Shown here: piece by piece, positions 22,999-36,352 of the stretch | Layout: each line of letters begins with the position of its first letter | Numbering within the stretch: the first letter of the stretch is position 1 | Assembly (NCBI RefSeq): GCF_000143415.4 | Contig: NW_003314264.1 | Coordinates: 3,709,229 to 3,773,228 of the forward strand | Direction: 5' to 3' | Source of the DNA: Selaginella moellendorffii | Taxonomy: Eukaryota > Plantae > Lycopodiophyta | DNA: 64,000 nucleotides | Made by a program: the position numbers and the translations under genes | The notes under the pieces: generated by a model | The model's input: the letters and a program-made list of their open reading frames with translations, nothing else | The model's database searches: none | What the model was told of the DNA's origin: nothing

Positions 22999-24468
22999 TC
23001 AGAACTTGGAGATTTCGCCGGGTTTTCCATCAGCTCCAAACGTCCAGTACTCGAACGCGCCATCTACAAAGTTGTAGTAGCCTCCGTGGAGAGCGACTGT
23101 GCCGCTGGTTACTGCCTCTTTGACGAACGGGAAGCCGAGAAGGTTGGATAGGGAGACGTTCACGGACTCCTGCAAGGCGCGAGATTGAGGGATTGGTAAG
23201 AGGGAAAGAGATATCTTGAGCACACCTTCTCGCATTTCGTGCATTGGTGGTCGATCTGCCCCTCCGGCTCGGACTTGAGCGTTGATGCACGGGCAGGGCG
23301 ACCGATCTCGATCCAGTCTTCGATGAAAGCACTGAGGAAACCGAGAACTTTGTGAGATCATGAGAAAGATGGCTGGAAAGTTACCTCCACTTGGCTGCGT
23401 TTTCTTTCTGAGTCATGAGGGCTTTGATGCCTCCACATCTGCTGTGTCCAATTACCAGTATGTTCTCGACCTGATACACAGAGAAAAGCAAAGTTTCTAC
23501 AGACAAGAAGAAGAAGAAAAGCTTATGACACACAAAGATCCCAGAGAAATGAAAGGTCAAGAAGAAGAAAAAGAGCTTGAAACACAGAAATCCCAGAGAA
23601 ACCAAAAGTTTCAACACTCCAGAAGCAGAAGAAGAGGGGAACGCAAGAGCTCCGAAAAAACAAAACTTGAGGAATAGAATCGACACTAAAAGCTTGAATC
23701 TTTCCAGAGAACAAAAAACTCTAGCGACATAAAAAATTGAGAGGAGTGAGAGATTTACCTTGAGAGCCGTGACAGCGTACTCCAGAGCGGCACTTGTTCC
23801 AGGATAACCAGCCTGTTCACGAGACGATCATGCTCGAGAAAGGTCTCTTATGTTTTTGAGCTTGAAAAGTCATTGGATTTTGTAGTACCTGTTCTGGAGG
23901 AGGCACCATGTTAGCAACGTTGCGAACAACGAAAGCCTCTCCCGGCTGGAACCCCAGAACGGTGGTGGGACAAACTCTCGAGTCAGAGCAAGCAATCACC
24001 ATGAACTGTTCCAGAATCACGAGAAAGTTATAGCGAAGGAATTCGTTTCGAGGATTCGGTGACCTTGGGAGATTGTCCGTTGGCCAGCTCGTTGAAAAGC
24101 TCTGGATTCTGCCTGAAAACACCACAAAAACTCGCACCTTGAAGAGCAAAAGCAAAGAAAAAAGAGAATTTTTACGTGTATGTCTCCGCTTTAAACTTCT
24201 GGAAGCCTGTCTTGATCCTCTCTGCGGCTGCCACTTTCGTCTCTACAGCCTTGCGACGACGCAATCCAAAGATTTCAGCTCGAGAGGAAAGAATTCAAAG
24301 AGACCCACTTACAAAATGTGGCCGCTGCGAGCAGCAAATCTTCCTCCTAGCGGCGGCGGCATTGCAGGACTGTGGCAGCGATCTCGCCCCAAGAGCCTCG
24401 GAGGAGATTTGGTTCCTGGCCAGGAAATCGGAGGCGGACAGAGCTTGGCAGCAGCGCAACGAAGACAT
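22999..24468 (-). CDS. Beta-carbonic anhydrase, probably plastid-targeted, multi-exon
   Basis: Zn-ligand motifs [13 protein letters not shown] and [34 protein letters not shown]. First exon 24468-24313 is transit-peptide-like ([13 protein letters not shown]...). Confidence 0.92.
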
Positions 24469-25169
24469 GGCGGCGACGCGGTGATCTCCTCAAAGCCACC
24501 CGACTTTGATCCAGACTTATACTGCAGGCCAAGGCATCTGGGGAGTATATCCCAGCGAGCGGAGCACGAATTTTTCGAGCACAAAAAAACGAGCACCAAA
24601 GAAAAAGAAAGTGGTGAAAGGTCGTCGACTTATCAACTGGATGTTTCACCTGATCCACCATAGCCAAGCCGCTGTTATCCATTGCGTAAATCGTGATTTG
24701 CTTATCGCAAACACGGTGGGATTTTCGCTTGATGCGTGAGAAAGATTGGGACAAAACCATGAAGATCGGGAAGAAAGAATTTTTTCCTAGGAGAATGATC
24801 GTGGATGCTCATACAAAATCCATTCTTTTGGTCATATTTTCTTGGAGAATGACTGTGGAAGAGCTCAAAGTTCTCATTGGGTCATACAAAACCAAGTTTT
24901 TGGCTGATGAAGAACAAGGATTTTCTGGGTGATGGATCGAGCAGAGATTCGTGGTGAAGATTTCCTTAAGACCACCACCGCATTTCTAAAGCTAAAGTTT
25001 CTCCCGGGATTTTAATCGAGGAAAGTGTGGAAGAGAAAGACTATAGGCAGGGACAATGACAATGCTGCTGGGGGGCGGCCCTAGTGGTAGTATGTTTCTT
25101 GTCAAAAGGAATTTTTGTAAAGTAGTCCCGGGATTTAGGGTTTTGAGCAGCGGCAGGGTTCGGCTAAGC

Positions 25170-28100
25170 ATGGAGGACGGCGCGCCAGAAGATCTGGAGC
25201 GCAAGAAGAAGAAGGAAGAGAAGGTATGCTTCCAGCTCTTCTCCTGGATTTGCTGCGGTGCGTGTTCTAAATCCGCGAGCGCTGGCGCTCGGCAGGCTAG
25301 GGAGAAGGAGCTCAAGAAGCTAAAAGCCGCGCAGAAGGCCGAGGCCAAGAAACTCGAAGCAAATGCCGCCAAGGTAGATTTTTCATGTCGATGTTTTAGA
25401 TTTTGGTTCTCGTTTCTTTGAGCAGCAGGTGGAATCTAAGAAGGAGAAGAAAGGCAAGGAGTCTAACGACGATTTGCCCGATTCCAAAAATCCTTACACT
25501 TCTTCCGGCGAGAAGAAACGCCTGGCGCCTGTGATGGCGCAGGGTTATAATCCGGCACTCGTGGAGGCATCGTAAGTTAAACTTCTTCGTGCATTCTTGT
25601 CTCTCGAATTTGTTCTAAGTTTATTTTTCTAAGGTGGTATGAGTACTGGGAGAAGCAAGGTTTCTTTGTTGCCGATGCCAGCAGTCAAAAGCCCAAGTTT
25701 GTAATGGTAATACTTCTCTTCTCTATGTTTCATTCCCGAGTTTCTAAACTACGTTGTGTCTCAGGTAATACCACCACCAAACGTCACGGGTGTTTTGCAT
25801 ATTGGACACGCTCTGATGTGCGCTGTGGAGGTAATTTTCCTTTTGTTTCTCATTCTATATTGACTTCACTGTCCTCAGGACACTCTCACGCGATGGCGAA
25901 GAATGAAAGGATATGAGACTCTTTGGGTACCAGGAGTAGACCATGCTGGGATATCCACACAGGTACAATGCAAGTCCCATTGTTTTTATCTTGTTCCTGA
26001 GGATCTTGCACAGGTGGTTGTAGAGAAGAAAATCATGCGGGAAAAGGGTTTGACGAGGCATGACGTAGGCAGGGAGGATTTTGTGAAAGAGGTATTTCTT
26101 TCACCGCTTTCCTGGACTATGCTAAATATTACTTGCAGGTGTGGTCGTGGAAAGAACAACATGGAACTAGCATTTTCTCCCAGTTGCGAAAAATGGGAGC
26201 TTCTGTCGATTGGTCCCGAGAGGTAAGATAATTGCGGAAATGTTGCTCTTAATGTAATGTGTGTTCTTTGCTAGTGCTTTACAATGGATGAGCCAAGATG
26301 CAAAGCTGTCGTAGAAGCATTCGTGCGGTTTCACAAGGATGGGCTTCTATACAGGTTTTTACTTTTTTCAAAGTGTGCCGCTATCTAATTTTGCGTTGCC
26401 TCAGAGATAATCGTCTCGTGAATTGGGATTGCGTTTTGAGAACAGCAATTTCAGACATAGAGGTAGTCTTCTTGTACTTGCTAAACTACACACTAAAGCA
26501 ATTTTTCAGGTGGATTATATTGATGTCGAAAAACGCACTCTCCGCAAAGTACCAGGATACAAGTCTACTGTCGAGTTTGGGGCCTTAACATCGTTCGCGT
26601 ATCCTTTGGAAGACGGCAAAGGGGAGATCGTTGTGGCAACGACAAGACCAGAGACTATGCTGGGTGATTCGGCAGTGGCTGTCCATCCAGAGGATCCCAG
26701 ATACTCGCATTTACACGGCAAGTTTGTTGTTCATCCTTTCAACGGGAGAAAGCTTCCAATCATTTGTGATGCGGTGCTGGTGGATATGAACTTTGGAACT
26801 GGAGCTGTGAAGGTAATTCTATGTGCTTCGTTTTCTTACACCCGGCTCTGTTTCTCTTTTGTTTTTATAGATCACCCCTGCACACGATCCGAATGACTTT
26901 CTTGTTGGAAAGAGGCACAACCTTCAGTTTATCAATATTCTCACTGACGATGGAAAGATTAACGGCAACGGAGGTCCAGATTTTCAGGGGATGATGCGTT
27001 TTGACGCTCGTGCTGCTGTGTTGAAGGCCTTGGAGGACAAAGTAAGGCAGAAACTTGCGGTAGAATGCTAATAAATTCTTCTACGTGCAGGGTCTGTACA
27101 GGGGCGTGGCTGATAATTCCATGAGGCTTGGTGTTTGCTCCAGGACCGGCGATGTCGTGGAGCCGATGATCAAGCCTCAATGGTATGTTAGTTGCAAGGA
27201 GATAGCTGCAAAAGCCTGCAACGCGGTGCGAACGAAAGAGCTTGAGATTATCCCGAGTCAATTTGAAGACACCTGGTTTCGGTAAGTTGAGATTTATTCT
27301 CTCACTTTGGCTTATTTGCTCATTTGCAGGTGGCTCGAAAACATTCGAGACTGGTGTGTTTCGCGACAGCTTTGGTGGGGGCATCAGATCCCAGCCTGGT
27401 ATTGTACGTTTGAAGGTGACGAGCTAAAAGAAATGGGGGCATACAATGATCACTGGATTGTGGCTAGAAGCGAGACCGAGGCCAGAGTAGCAGCCGAGGA
27501 GAAATTTTCAGGAAAGAAAATAATCTCTTTCGAGCAGGACCCGGACGTGCTCGACACGTGGTTCTCGTCCGGACTGTTTCCTTTCTCTGTGTTGGGATGG
27601 CCAGAAGCTACGAAAGATCTCCAAGCATTCTATCCGACGACATTGCTCGAAACGGGCCATGATATTCTCTTCTTCTGGGTTGCTCGCATGGTGATGATGG
27701 GAATTCAGCTCACGGGAGAAGTACCTTTCAAACAGGTAATTTTTACGTGATTAAACTGGTTTTCATTCCCTCGTTTTCAGATTTTCTTGCATGCAATGGT
27801 CCGAGATGCTCATGGCCGTAAGATGTCCAAGTCCCTTGGCAACGTGATAGATCCACTGGATGTGATTCACGGTATAACATTGGACGGTCTCAAGGCAAAG
27901 TTGTCGCAAGGAAACCTGGATCCAGCCGAATACAAGACGGCTTTAGCCGGTTTGCAAAGCGACTTTCCTGAGGGAATTCCCGTTTGCGGAGCTGATGCTC
28001 TTCGTTTTGCTCTTGTGAACTACACTGCTCAGGTACGAGTTCAATTCTTCCCACAGGGGAAAGTTTCTAAACTCCTTCCATTTGTGTGCAGTCCGAGAAC

Positions 28101-29314
28101 ATCAATTTGGATGTCCAGCGTGTGGCTGGCTACAGATACTGGTGCAACAAACTCTGGAATGCAATCCGATTTGCGATGCTGAACCTGGGTGACAACTTCA
28201 TTCCCTCTGAAGAACTGAATATTTCCGAGCTGCCGTGGAGCTGCAAGTGGATTCTTTCTGCTTTGAACGGAACCGTAGCTGCCGTGGATGGACATATGGA
28301 GAAATACGACTTGTCCGCAGCGTCATCGGCAATTTACTCTTGGTGGCAGTACGACCTTTGCGACGTGTTTATCGAGCTAACGAAGCCAACACTATCGAAA
28401 GGAGACTCAGAGGATGCCAAGAAGCTGACAAGAGATACTCTGTGGGTATGCCTGGAGAATGGACTACGGCTATTACATCCCTTCATGCCGTTCGTCACTG
28501 AAGAGCTGTGGCAGAGACTGCCAAGAGCCCAGGAGGAGAACTCGTCGATCATGCTGGCTAGCTATCCAACGAGGAGGAAGGTACTCATTTGATCTTATCA
28601 AAGACGTCGTTGCTATAGAGTGTTTGCTCTTCTAGGACTTGGATAACGAAGCTGTCGACGCCGAAATGACTTTGATACTATCGACTGTGAAGGCTGTCCG
28701 AGCTCTTTGTGCGGCATGTCGCGTGCAACCAAAGCAAAAGTAACTTTTTTCATTTGCTATTTTGCTACTGAGTCGAAGGATTGTTGTCTCGTGTAGGCCG
28801 GGAGGTTTCATTGTCACAGGAGACGCAGAACTCTTCACAATGTTCACAGATCACTCGTCGGAGTTAGCAACACTGGCAAACCTTTCCAGCGTGAATGTGA
28901 GTGGAAAGAGTTTCCTTGCGAAAGCTGGCCTTATCGTGATGCTTGCAGATATGCAACGATGTTGCGGAGCTACCAGCGGGCTGTGCGGTCACCATTGTGA
29001 ACGACAAGGTATCGGCCTATGTCATGCTCCAAGGCATCGTGGATCTCAGCTCGGAGCTCAGCAAGCTTCTCAAGCAGAAAGACGAAGAGTCGAAGTAAGT
29101 TCTTCAGAGGTTTCAAGCTATCATCGTCTCTTATTTGTCGGTGTGAAATCCTCGCAGGAAGATCGAAGTTTTCCAGAAGAAGATCTCGTCCCAGGTCTAC
29201 AAGGATAAAGCCTCGGAGGAAGTCCAAGAGGCCGATCGTGCGAGACTCGCGAAGATGGTCGGAGAACTGGAGCTGAGAGTGGAGAGCATCCAGTTGCTAC
29301 AAAAGCTGGTTTGA
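25170..29314 (+). CDS. Valyl-tRNA synthetase (eukaryote type), many exons; in-frame upstream ATGs at 25056/25062/25092
   Basis: [68 protein letters not shown]. Confidence 0.95.
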
Positions 29315-29533
29315 TCGGGAAAACAATCGCTCCAAGTTTTGGAAGTTGGATCCAAAAGTTTTGAGAAAAAAAAAAAAGCGTTGCTTTCATGCGCTGGTCC
29401 TCCGCAAGAGCGTTCATGTTTCAAGCAGGAAAGCTAGTTTGATTGGAACATCGAGTTTCACTACAAAAAGCTACTTTCGTGTGAAAGTAGAACCCTATTA
29501 TTCATTGTCTGCGATGGCCCGGTAAGCGTGTGG

Positions 29534-31861
29534 ATGGATCGAAAGAGCGTCAGCGCCCGAAAGATCATCCGGCAGCTGGCCAAGAATCCAGAGTTTGTAG
29601 CGAGCGGACTTCCATCGCCGCCGGCGGGATCTCCGCTGCCGCTCAGCGTCTCGCCGGCGGCGGACAGTCTAGGGGCATTCGCGTCCGCCGACGATGAGAT
29701 CTCGTCACCAGGTAGCGTCAGTGTGCGTCTGTCGGAATTCATAGGAAGTAGGAGGAACCGAAGGGGGAGGAGGAATTCGCGGCCGATGAGCGATGAGAAG
29801 AGCGAGGATCTTCGCGATTTTGGGGAAGTATTTGTCCAGGATTTAGAGGAGCATAGAATTGTGGTAGACAGCGGTGCGAGCAGCAGCGGCAATGTGCATG
29901 GGATTTTTGCTAGTGATGATACTGGGCGGCCCGAGCTCGAGGATTTGGAAACTATGATGCTGCGAAAACTTTTGGAGCAAGATAAGACGGAGGCGGCCAG
30001 TGCCATTGCTGATGACAAGATTTCTCAAAACAAGCAAGAACAAGACGACGAAGTAAGTTCTTTACTTTTCTTTTCTTTTCTCTTGCAGTTGGCTGATGTG
30101 AGGACGTAGATTTTGGCCTTGGAAGCTATCTATGAAGGAAGTTTCAAGCATCTGAGCAAGGAAAGCGATGGTGATCTTCGCTGCTTCATGGTAAAGTCTA
30201 TCCTTTTGTTCTAGCTTGCTATATACTATCTCTTCGTGACAGATAGAGGTCACGCTGGAAGCCTTCGAGAGCATCGAGATTTCTATGGAACGTCCATTGC
30301 CTTCTTCTGGAGCAACTAATCGGCACAGCTTTACGCTACAGTACCTCCCACCGATTCATCTGGCCTGCCTTCTTCCGAGCACATATCCATCACACTCTCG
30401 TCCACCTTTTGTACTTCATGCTCAGTGGCTCTCTGCGGACAGGCTTATTCGCCTCAGCGATAAGCTGCTGGAGATTTGGGAGGATCAAAAGGGGGAGGTC
30501 GTGGTCTATCCCTGGACGGAGTTTCTCCACTCTCAAGCTTTGAGCGCCATTGAAGCCTTCGAGAAACTAGAGCTGGTTCAACAGCCGCTCGAGCTTCACG
30601 ATCCAAGAGTTATCTCTGGATGCAACTCCCTCGACGAGGATGCGCTCTCCCTACTTCGCTACAACGAGGAGATGCAACTCAGTACGTTTCTCAGTTCCAT
30701 CCATCTCTGCACCATTTGTTTCGAAGAATCCACTGGTAAGCATTCTTACGTTGAAGTTTTATTCTTCTTTGACGAACCGGTCCTCATTGCAGGAAGAGAA
30801 TTTATAAAGTTTCCCTGCCAACATGCTTACTGCCGAAAATGCATGCAGCAGTACATGTCAGTTCACGTCACCGATGGCTCCATCAACAGCTTGAAGTGTC
30901 CGGATTGTAAGGGAGGCATTCCACCATCTGCGCTGAAAGAGCTTCTTTCCGAGGAGGATTTTGAAAGATGGGAGAAGCTGTGCCTGCAGAAAACCCTGGA
31001 CGCGATGAGCGACATTGTCTACTGTCCTCGCTGTGGTGCAGCATGCATTGAAGAGGGAGATCATGACGCACAATGCAGCCGATGTTTCTTCAGTTTCTGT
31101 AGCCTCTGCAGAGCGGCAAGGCACGTCGGTCAGGAATGCCTCACTCCAGAGGCTCGCTTGTTAATCCTTCGCGTAAGTTTGACAATCTCTCTCTCTCTCT
31201 CTCTCTCTGTTGCCACCATCACATTTGTGTTACTCTACTCTTGCAGGATCGAGGGTCCCTTTCAGAAGACCAGCGGAAGCGGGAAGAAAACCTGGTGAAC
31301 GAGCTCAAAAATCTCGACTTTGTCAAGAAGGACGCCAAACCGTGTCCAACGTGCGGCATGGCCATCTCCAAGTCCGCGGGCTGCAACAAAATGACTTGCT
31401 CCAACTGTGGTCAGTACTTTTGCTTCAAATGCGGGAAGCGGATCGATGGCTATCTTCACTTCAGGTGAAACTTCTTCGGTGGAGTCGAGCTTTCGAGTGA
31501 CGAACTCTTTCTGGTTTTTGCAGCAATTCGTGCACTCTTTTCGACGATGACGACAGAGGGGAGAATGCGCAGCTTTGGCAGCTGGTTCAGCAGCAGGAAC
31601 AGCGTCAGCAGCAGCGGCAAGAAGCCATAAGGTTTGGAAAGCCTTGTCCTTCGTGTGGCCAGCCAAACGTGAAGGTATCTCTCGTTGGTTATTTTTCTTC
31701 TTTCGATGTCTCGAGGATTCTGGCAGGTTGGAAACAACAATCACATATTTTGTATGAGCTGCCAAAACCATTACTGTGGCCAATGCCACAAATTAGTGCG
31801 AAAATCTTCGGAACACTTCGGGCCCAACAAGTGTAAGCAGCACTCCGTTGAGCCCAGATGA
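29534..31861 (+). CDS. RWD + RING-IBR-RING (RBR) E3 ubiquitin ligase, RNF14/ARA54-like
   Basis: EILALEAIY, LPPIHL..LPSTYPS (RWD); CTIC...CQHAYC (RING1); CPRC...CSRC..FC..C...H (IBR); CPTC...GCNKMTC (RING2); ends KCKQHSVEPR*. Confidence 0.9.
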
Positions 31862-34709
31862 TTGAACGAACTCGCCAAAAACAAACATGTTACAAATGAT
31901 CACCAGATTTGTCAAAAATCTTCTCGGCCGGACGAAGCTTATACGGGGACTTTGACGACTAAAATCTTCACGCATGGGTCTTTGATGTTGTGTGGTGTGA
32001 GCAAAGTTCCGTACAAGGATCCATAAGAATATACTACTAATGTTTCGTACAAGCGCGAGCGTGATGTAAGTTCTCCGTACTCATGCCCCAAGCAACGAGA
32101 AAGGAAGCGTTCTACAAAAGAAGCGAACAAGGAAGATCGCCATAGCTCCACGGGAATTGGGCGAGAGTGTGTCTTCGGCAGTAAGCTCTAATCGAGTCCT
32201 CGCGAGCGAATGCGTCCAATCACAGCAATCGACCGACCGACCCGACGGAAATCACACTCGAGCAACGCCATGTCTTCAAATCTGCCAGGTCGCGTCTTCA
32301 CGCCCGCAAGCTGCTCTCCACACCAAAGCGCAGCTACAAACAGCCGCTCAATCAAGCAACTTCAGAGCAGCTTGGAAAAATTAACTTGTCATCTTCACAC
32401 AACATCGCCAACTGCGGCATTGCCACGGCAAACGGCACGACCTCTTCACTCCCAGCGATGGTTGCAACGCCAGATGGAGCAATTTTACCACCCCGCCACA
32501 GCTTACCATTGAGAATTCTCCTACCCAAAGCTCTTCACACGGCCATCACTTATCGCAGCTACGAGGGCAAATACATTAGCACTACTAACGTCACTACACA
32601 TCGAATATCTTCCTACCGCCCATGCACAACCAGTGCCACCCATGCATGCAAGACCAACACAAGAACAACATGAAAAATCAAGAAGCTCTCCTGCAAGATT
32701 GAAGCATGCCAAGTGCGATATCAAATAGACAAGATCAAAGAGCACCGTCTACGGGACCCGGTGGAGTTTGCGCTGTGGTTCTCGGGGCTGGTGCTGGTAA
32801 AAACAAGATTTTGGAGGCAAGATGAATGTAATCTTGTGAGATCGTGCTTGGCATGGGAGCAGAGCATGAGACCAGCTTGCGGGCTTGAAGCGAGAGACGT
32901 AGTTGCATCCGAGGAGATTGACCACGTCCTCAAAGAGTGTCAAGACCTTGCTCGGTTGATCTCACCACACAGCTCCACGTCCTCGAGTCCTCAAACAGAA
33001 CACGTCCTTGAGAGTCCACTTCAGCTTCCTTAGCCAGCCGCAACACAAGCTCAACACAAGCTCCCGGCAAGACAAAGCCCTACAAGATTAATTGCCAGCC
33101 GCGACAAGACCCCCAAGCTTCTTCAATCACCGAGTTTCCAACAGTTTCAAACGTCGCCATCTCGTCTTGCTACAATGCAAGAGGACGTCACCGCCCAGCG
33201 CCACCTCAGCACCTTACTGCCCTTGCGAAAGATCGACGCATGCCAAGAACAAGATTAAGGCACCCAGATCAAGGAGCTATTGTGCGAGATCGACGCAAGA
33301 GCAAGCAAGACTGCGGTATGAAGTGCACAAGCCCACGAAGAGAAGAACACGTCCACAAACAAGATTCCACAAATGGAACCCTCGTCCTTGGTCCTCAAGA
33401 GCAAGACGCAAGCTACACTGCTCATTGGCAACCAGATCTAGCAAGCCCACGCCTCTCACAACGTGGACGAAGACATGGATGCTGTCCTTTGTCATCGAGA
33501 CTTAAAGACACTATCTGATAGCAAATGTTTTGAAAACGTAAGCTGGAGTAGCCAACGTTGGCGTCTTCGTCGAGACGTTCCTGAGCGGTCACGGACGACA
33601 TGGCGAAGTCGAGAGTGAAGTCATAAGATCATACATACGAGCCTTTGCCAGCCAGGAAGTCGTGAAGCTCGCGCATATGGCTCTGATCGGGATCTTCAAA
33701 GGGGGACAGCGAAGCCGACACTTCGATTTTCTAGCCCGCAGCTGCGATGCAAGAACGGATTTTCTGGCGGCTTCGACGAGACCTCCAAAGATGTGGTCAT
33801 CCAGTTCGTCTTTGCGTCGAACCATTCTGAGGCAGTATCCTGGGACTGAGCCGAGAACCGGAATTTTCGAGCCGGACAGGGCCTGAAGAATCAAGGGATG
33901 ATCAGCATCACAAGTCTTACACGGCCCGAGCTTGGACGACGCTCCACGATGTGTTGTGGGCAATGGGAATCCTCCTCCCAAGCGAAGAAACCAAGTCAAG
34001 AGAAGACAACTCCCCAAGCAAAGAATGAACAAGATATCTTTAAACAACTAGTCCGGTCGGCTGATGTCCCTTCGTTTCTCGTCGGAAGCTCTTCCACAGA
34101 CAAAGCAAGAAGGACTCTGGTCTAACACATGGCCACCATCACCTTCCTATTAGAGGTTTGTCAAGTTGCTCACTAAGACTACTCCTGCCGCCCAGTCCAA
34201 TTCTGCGACACTATGCCAAAGTCAGGAGCGTAGAAACAATGGTAGCAAAGGATTGCGAAGAACTGAACCCGGCAGAGAATTTTGGACCAGACATGTACTA
34301 CCAACATTCAACGTGGAATTGGCACGCTATGGAAAGATGCCGCATAGCAAGCCACCAGTTCATGATGGAGCTAGGGCGCTGCAACAAAATTACGCGAAAT
34401 ATAAGAATCTGCCCCGGCTGGGCGAGAAAATAGAAACAGTAACACATGCACTCAAGCCTTGCCCTGCCTACATATCGACTGGGCCAAAGAAAGCAACACT
34501 TCGCCAACAAAGCAACAACTTCCCACCTCGCTCCATTATATGCGCTGCGCGCATTCAGAGGCCTCGAACGAGAGATGTAGGCAGGGCAAGTGCGAAGGAG
34601 AACGAGGACGATGAAGCAGCGGACGACGCAAACTTGCATCCATCCATCTCATGCTGCAAGATGAACAGCATATAGACGTGAATTATAAAGGAATTATTCC
34701 ACCTTATAA

Positions 34710-35477
34710 TGCGGCCAGTGCTTCTCCAGCTCTTTGTAGAGCCGCAAGGCACTGTCAGGAATGCCTCACTCCAGAGGCTCGCTCGCGTAAGTTTGACAAT
34801 CTCTCTCTTTGTTGCCACGGCCACATTTATATTACTCTAATTGCAGGCTCGACGCTCCCGAGTTTCAGCGGAGGCGGGAAGAAAACCTGGTGAACGAGCT
34901 AAAAAATCTCGACTTTGTCAAGGACGCCAAACCGTGTCCAACGTGCGGCGTGGCCATCTCCAAGTCCACGGGCTGCAGAAAAATGACTGTGGTCAGTACT
35001 TTTGCTTCCAATGCGGGAAGCGGATCGATGGCTATTGAAATTTCTTCAGAGTTTTTTGTGGAGTCGGGCTTTCGAGTGACGAACTCTTTCTGCTGGCTTG
35101 TGCACTCTTTTCGACGATGACGACAGAGGGGAGAATGCGGAGCTCTGGCAGCTGGTTTAGCAGCAGGACAAGAAGCCATAAGGTTTGGAAATCCTTGTCC
35201 TTCCTGTGCAGCCAAACGTCAAAGTATCTCTCGTTGGTTATTTTTCTGATTTCAATTTCTCAGGTTGAAAACAACAATCACATATTTTATATGAGCTGCC
35301 AGAACCATTACTGTGGCCAATGACACCAAATAGTGCGAAAATCAAATGAGGATACTCTCTTTGAACAGCAAATACAGTCTCTACTGGGAAAGCTCGTGTA
35401 TGATCACCGGATTTGTCAAAATCTCCTTAGGCCACCGCAGGAAGCTTATACGCGGCCTTTGACGACCAAAATCTTCT
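34710..35477 (+). pseudogene. Degenerate partial duplicate of the 3' part and 3' flank of the RBR gene (about 31085-31969)
   Basis: Colinear similarity including introns (e.g. CGGGAAGAAAACCTGGTGAACGAGCT), with small deletions, frameshifts and a premature TGA near 35320. Confidence 0.85.
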
Positions 35478-36352
35478 CATGACCTCGTATTTTTTGGTGG
35501 GTCACGTCCTTCGAAGATTTTTTCAACCGTAGGTGGTGTGTGATTTTTTCAACCATAGATGGTGCAACATTGAGTTTGGCAACAAAAAAATCCATGCGTG
35601 CATCCAAGACTACTTTCGAAACTTTTGCACCGAAGGATCACCATGCACAACTTTGCCAGATAATTCACAAAGGCTACACATCCACTGCCACAAGCACAAA
35701 TAGAAAGGACGATCGCCGTACAAAAGAATATACCACGGCAAGGAATATGCTCTCTCCAGTACGTGCGAGGCCACAGTGGTGATGTGTGGTACCCGGATGG
35801 CGATGGCGACCCCCGGCGATTCGTGAGCTAAGCCTATCCATGGAGGAGAGGAATGCGTGGGCAGTAAACCACTTCTTCTTCCTCGCCTCGCCTTGTTCTT
35901 CTTCTTCTTCCTCCTCGCGTCGCCCACCATTTCTAGGGCAGAGTGTTACGGAACGGACGAATCGATGGCGCGGAGGAGGAAATCTCAGTTTTGCCACGCC
36001 TGGATGCAGTGAGAAAGAGCTCCATCCTCTGTTTGGCCGCTAGCGCTTGGACTCATCTCCCTTCCGGGAAGGAATTCTTTTCCTTTTGTCCAAAATCGGC
36101 GAGAAAATGCGCCCCCGCGGGCGAGCGCTCTGTTCCTCCTGCCGCTCCTGCCGCCACTGCTGCTGCCGCGAATCGATCGGTCAAGGTATCTTTTCTATCC
36201 ATCCAGATTCCAATGTAGGACGCGACCGTAGCTTCCTTCCACCAGGGCTTATATTTTTTCGTTTTGGATGCTGTTCTTGGCAGGGGGAGGAAGATGGTTG
36301 AATCGGGGATGAGAGATCGGCGCTGCTACATTGCCAGGGCTTGGATTTTGTC

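Noticed and set aside
23500-23610. Imperfect ~55-bp repeat in a beta-CA intron and the overlapping K/E-rich ORF
   Set aside because: Low-complexity intronic slippage
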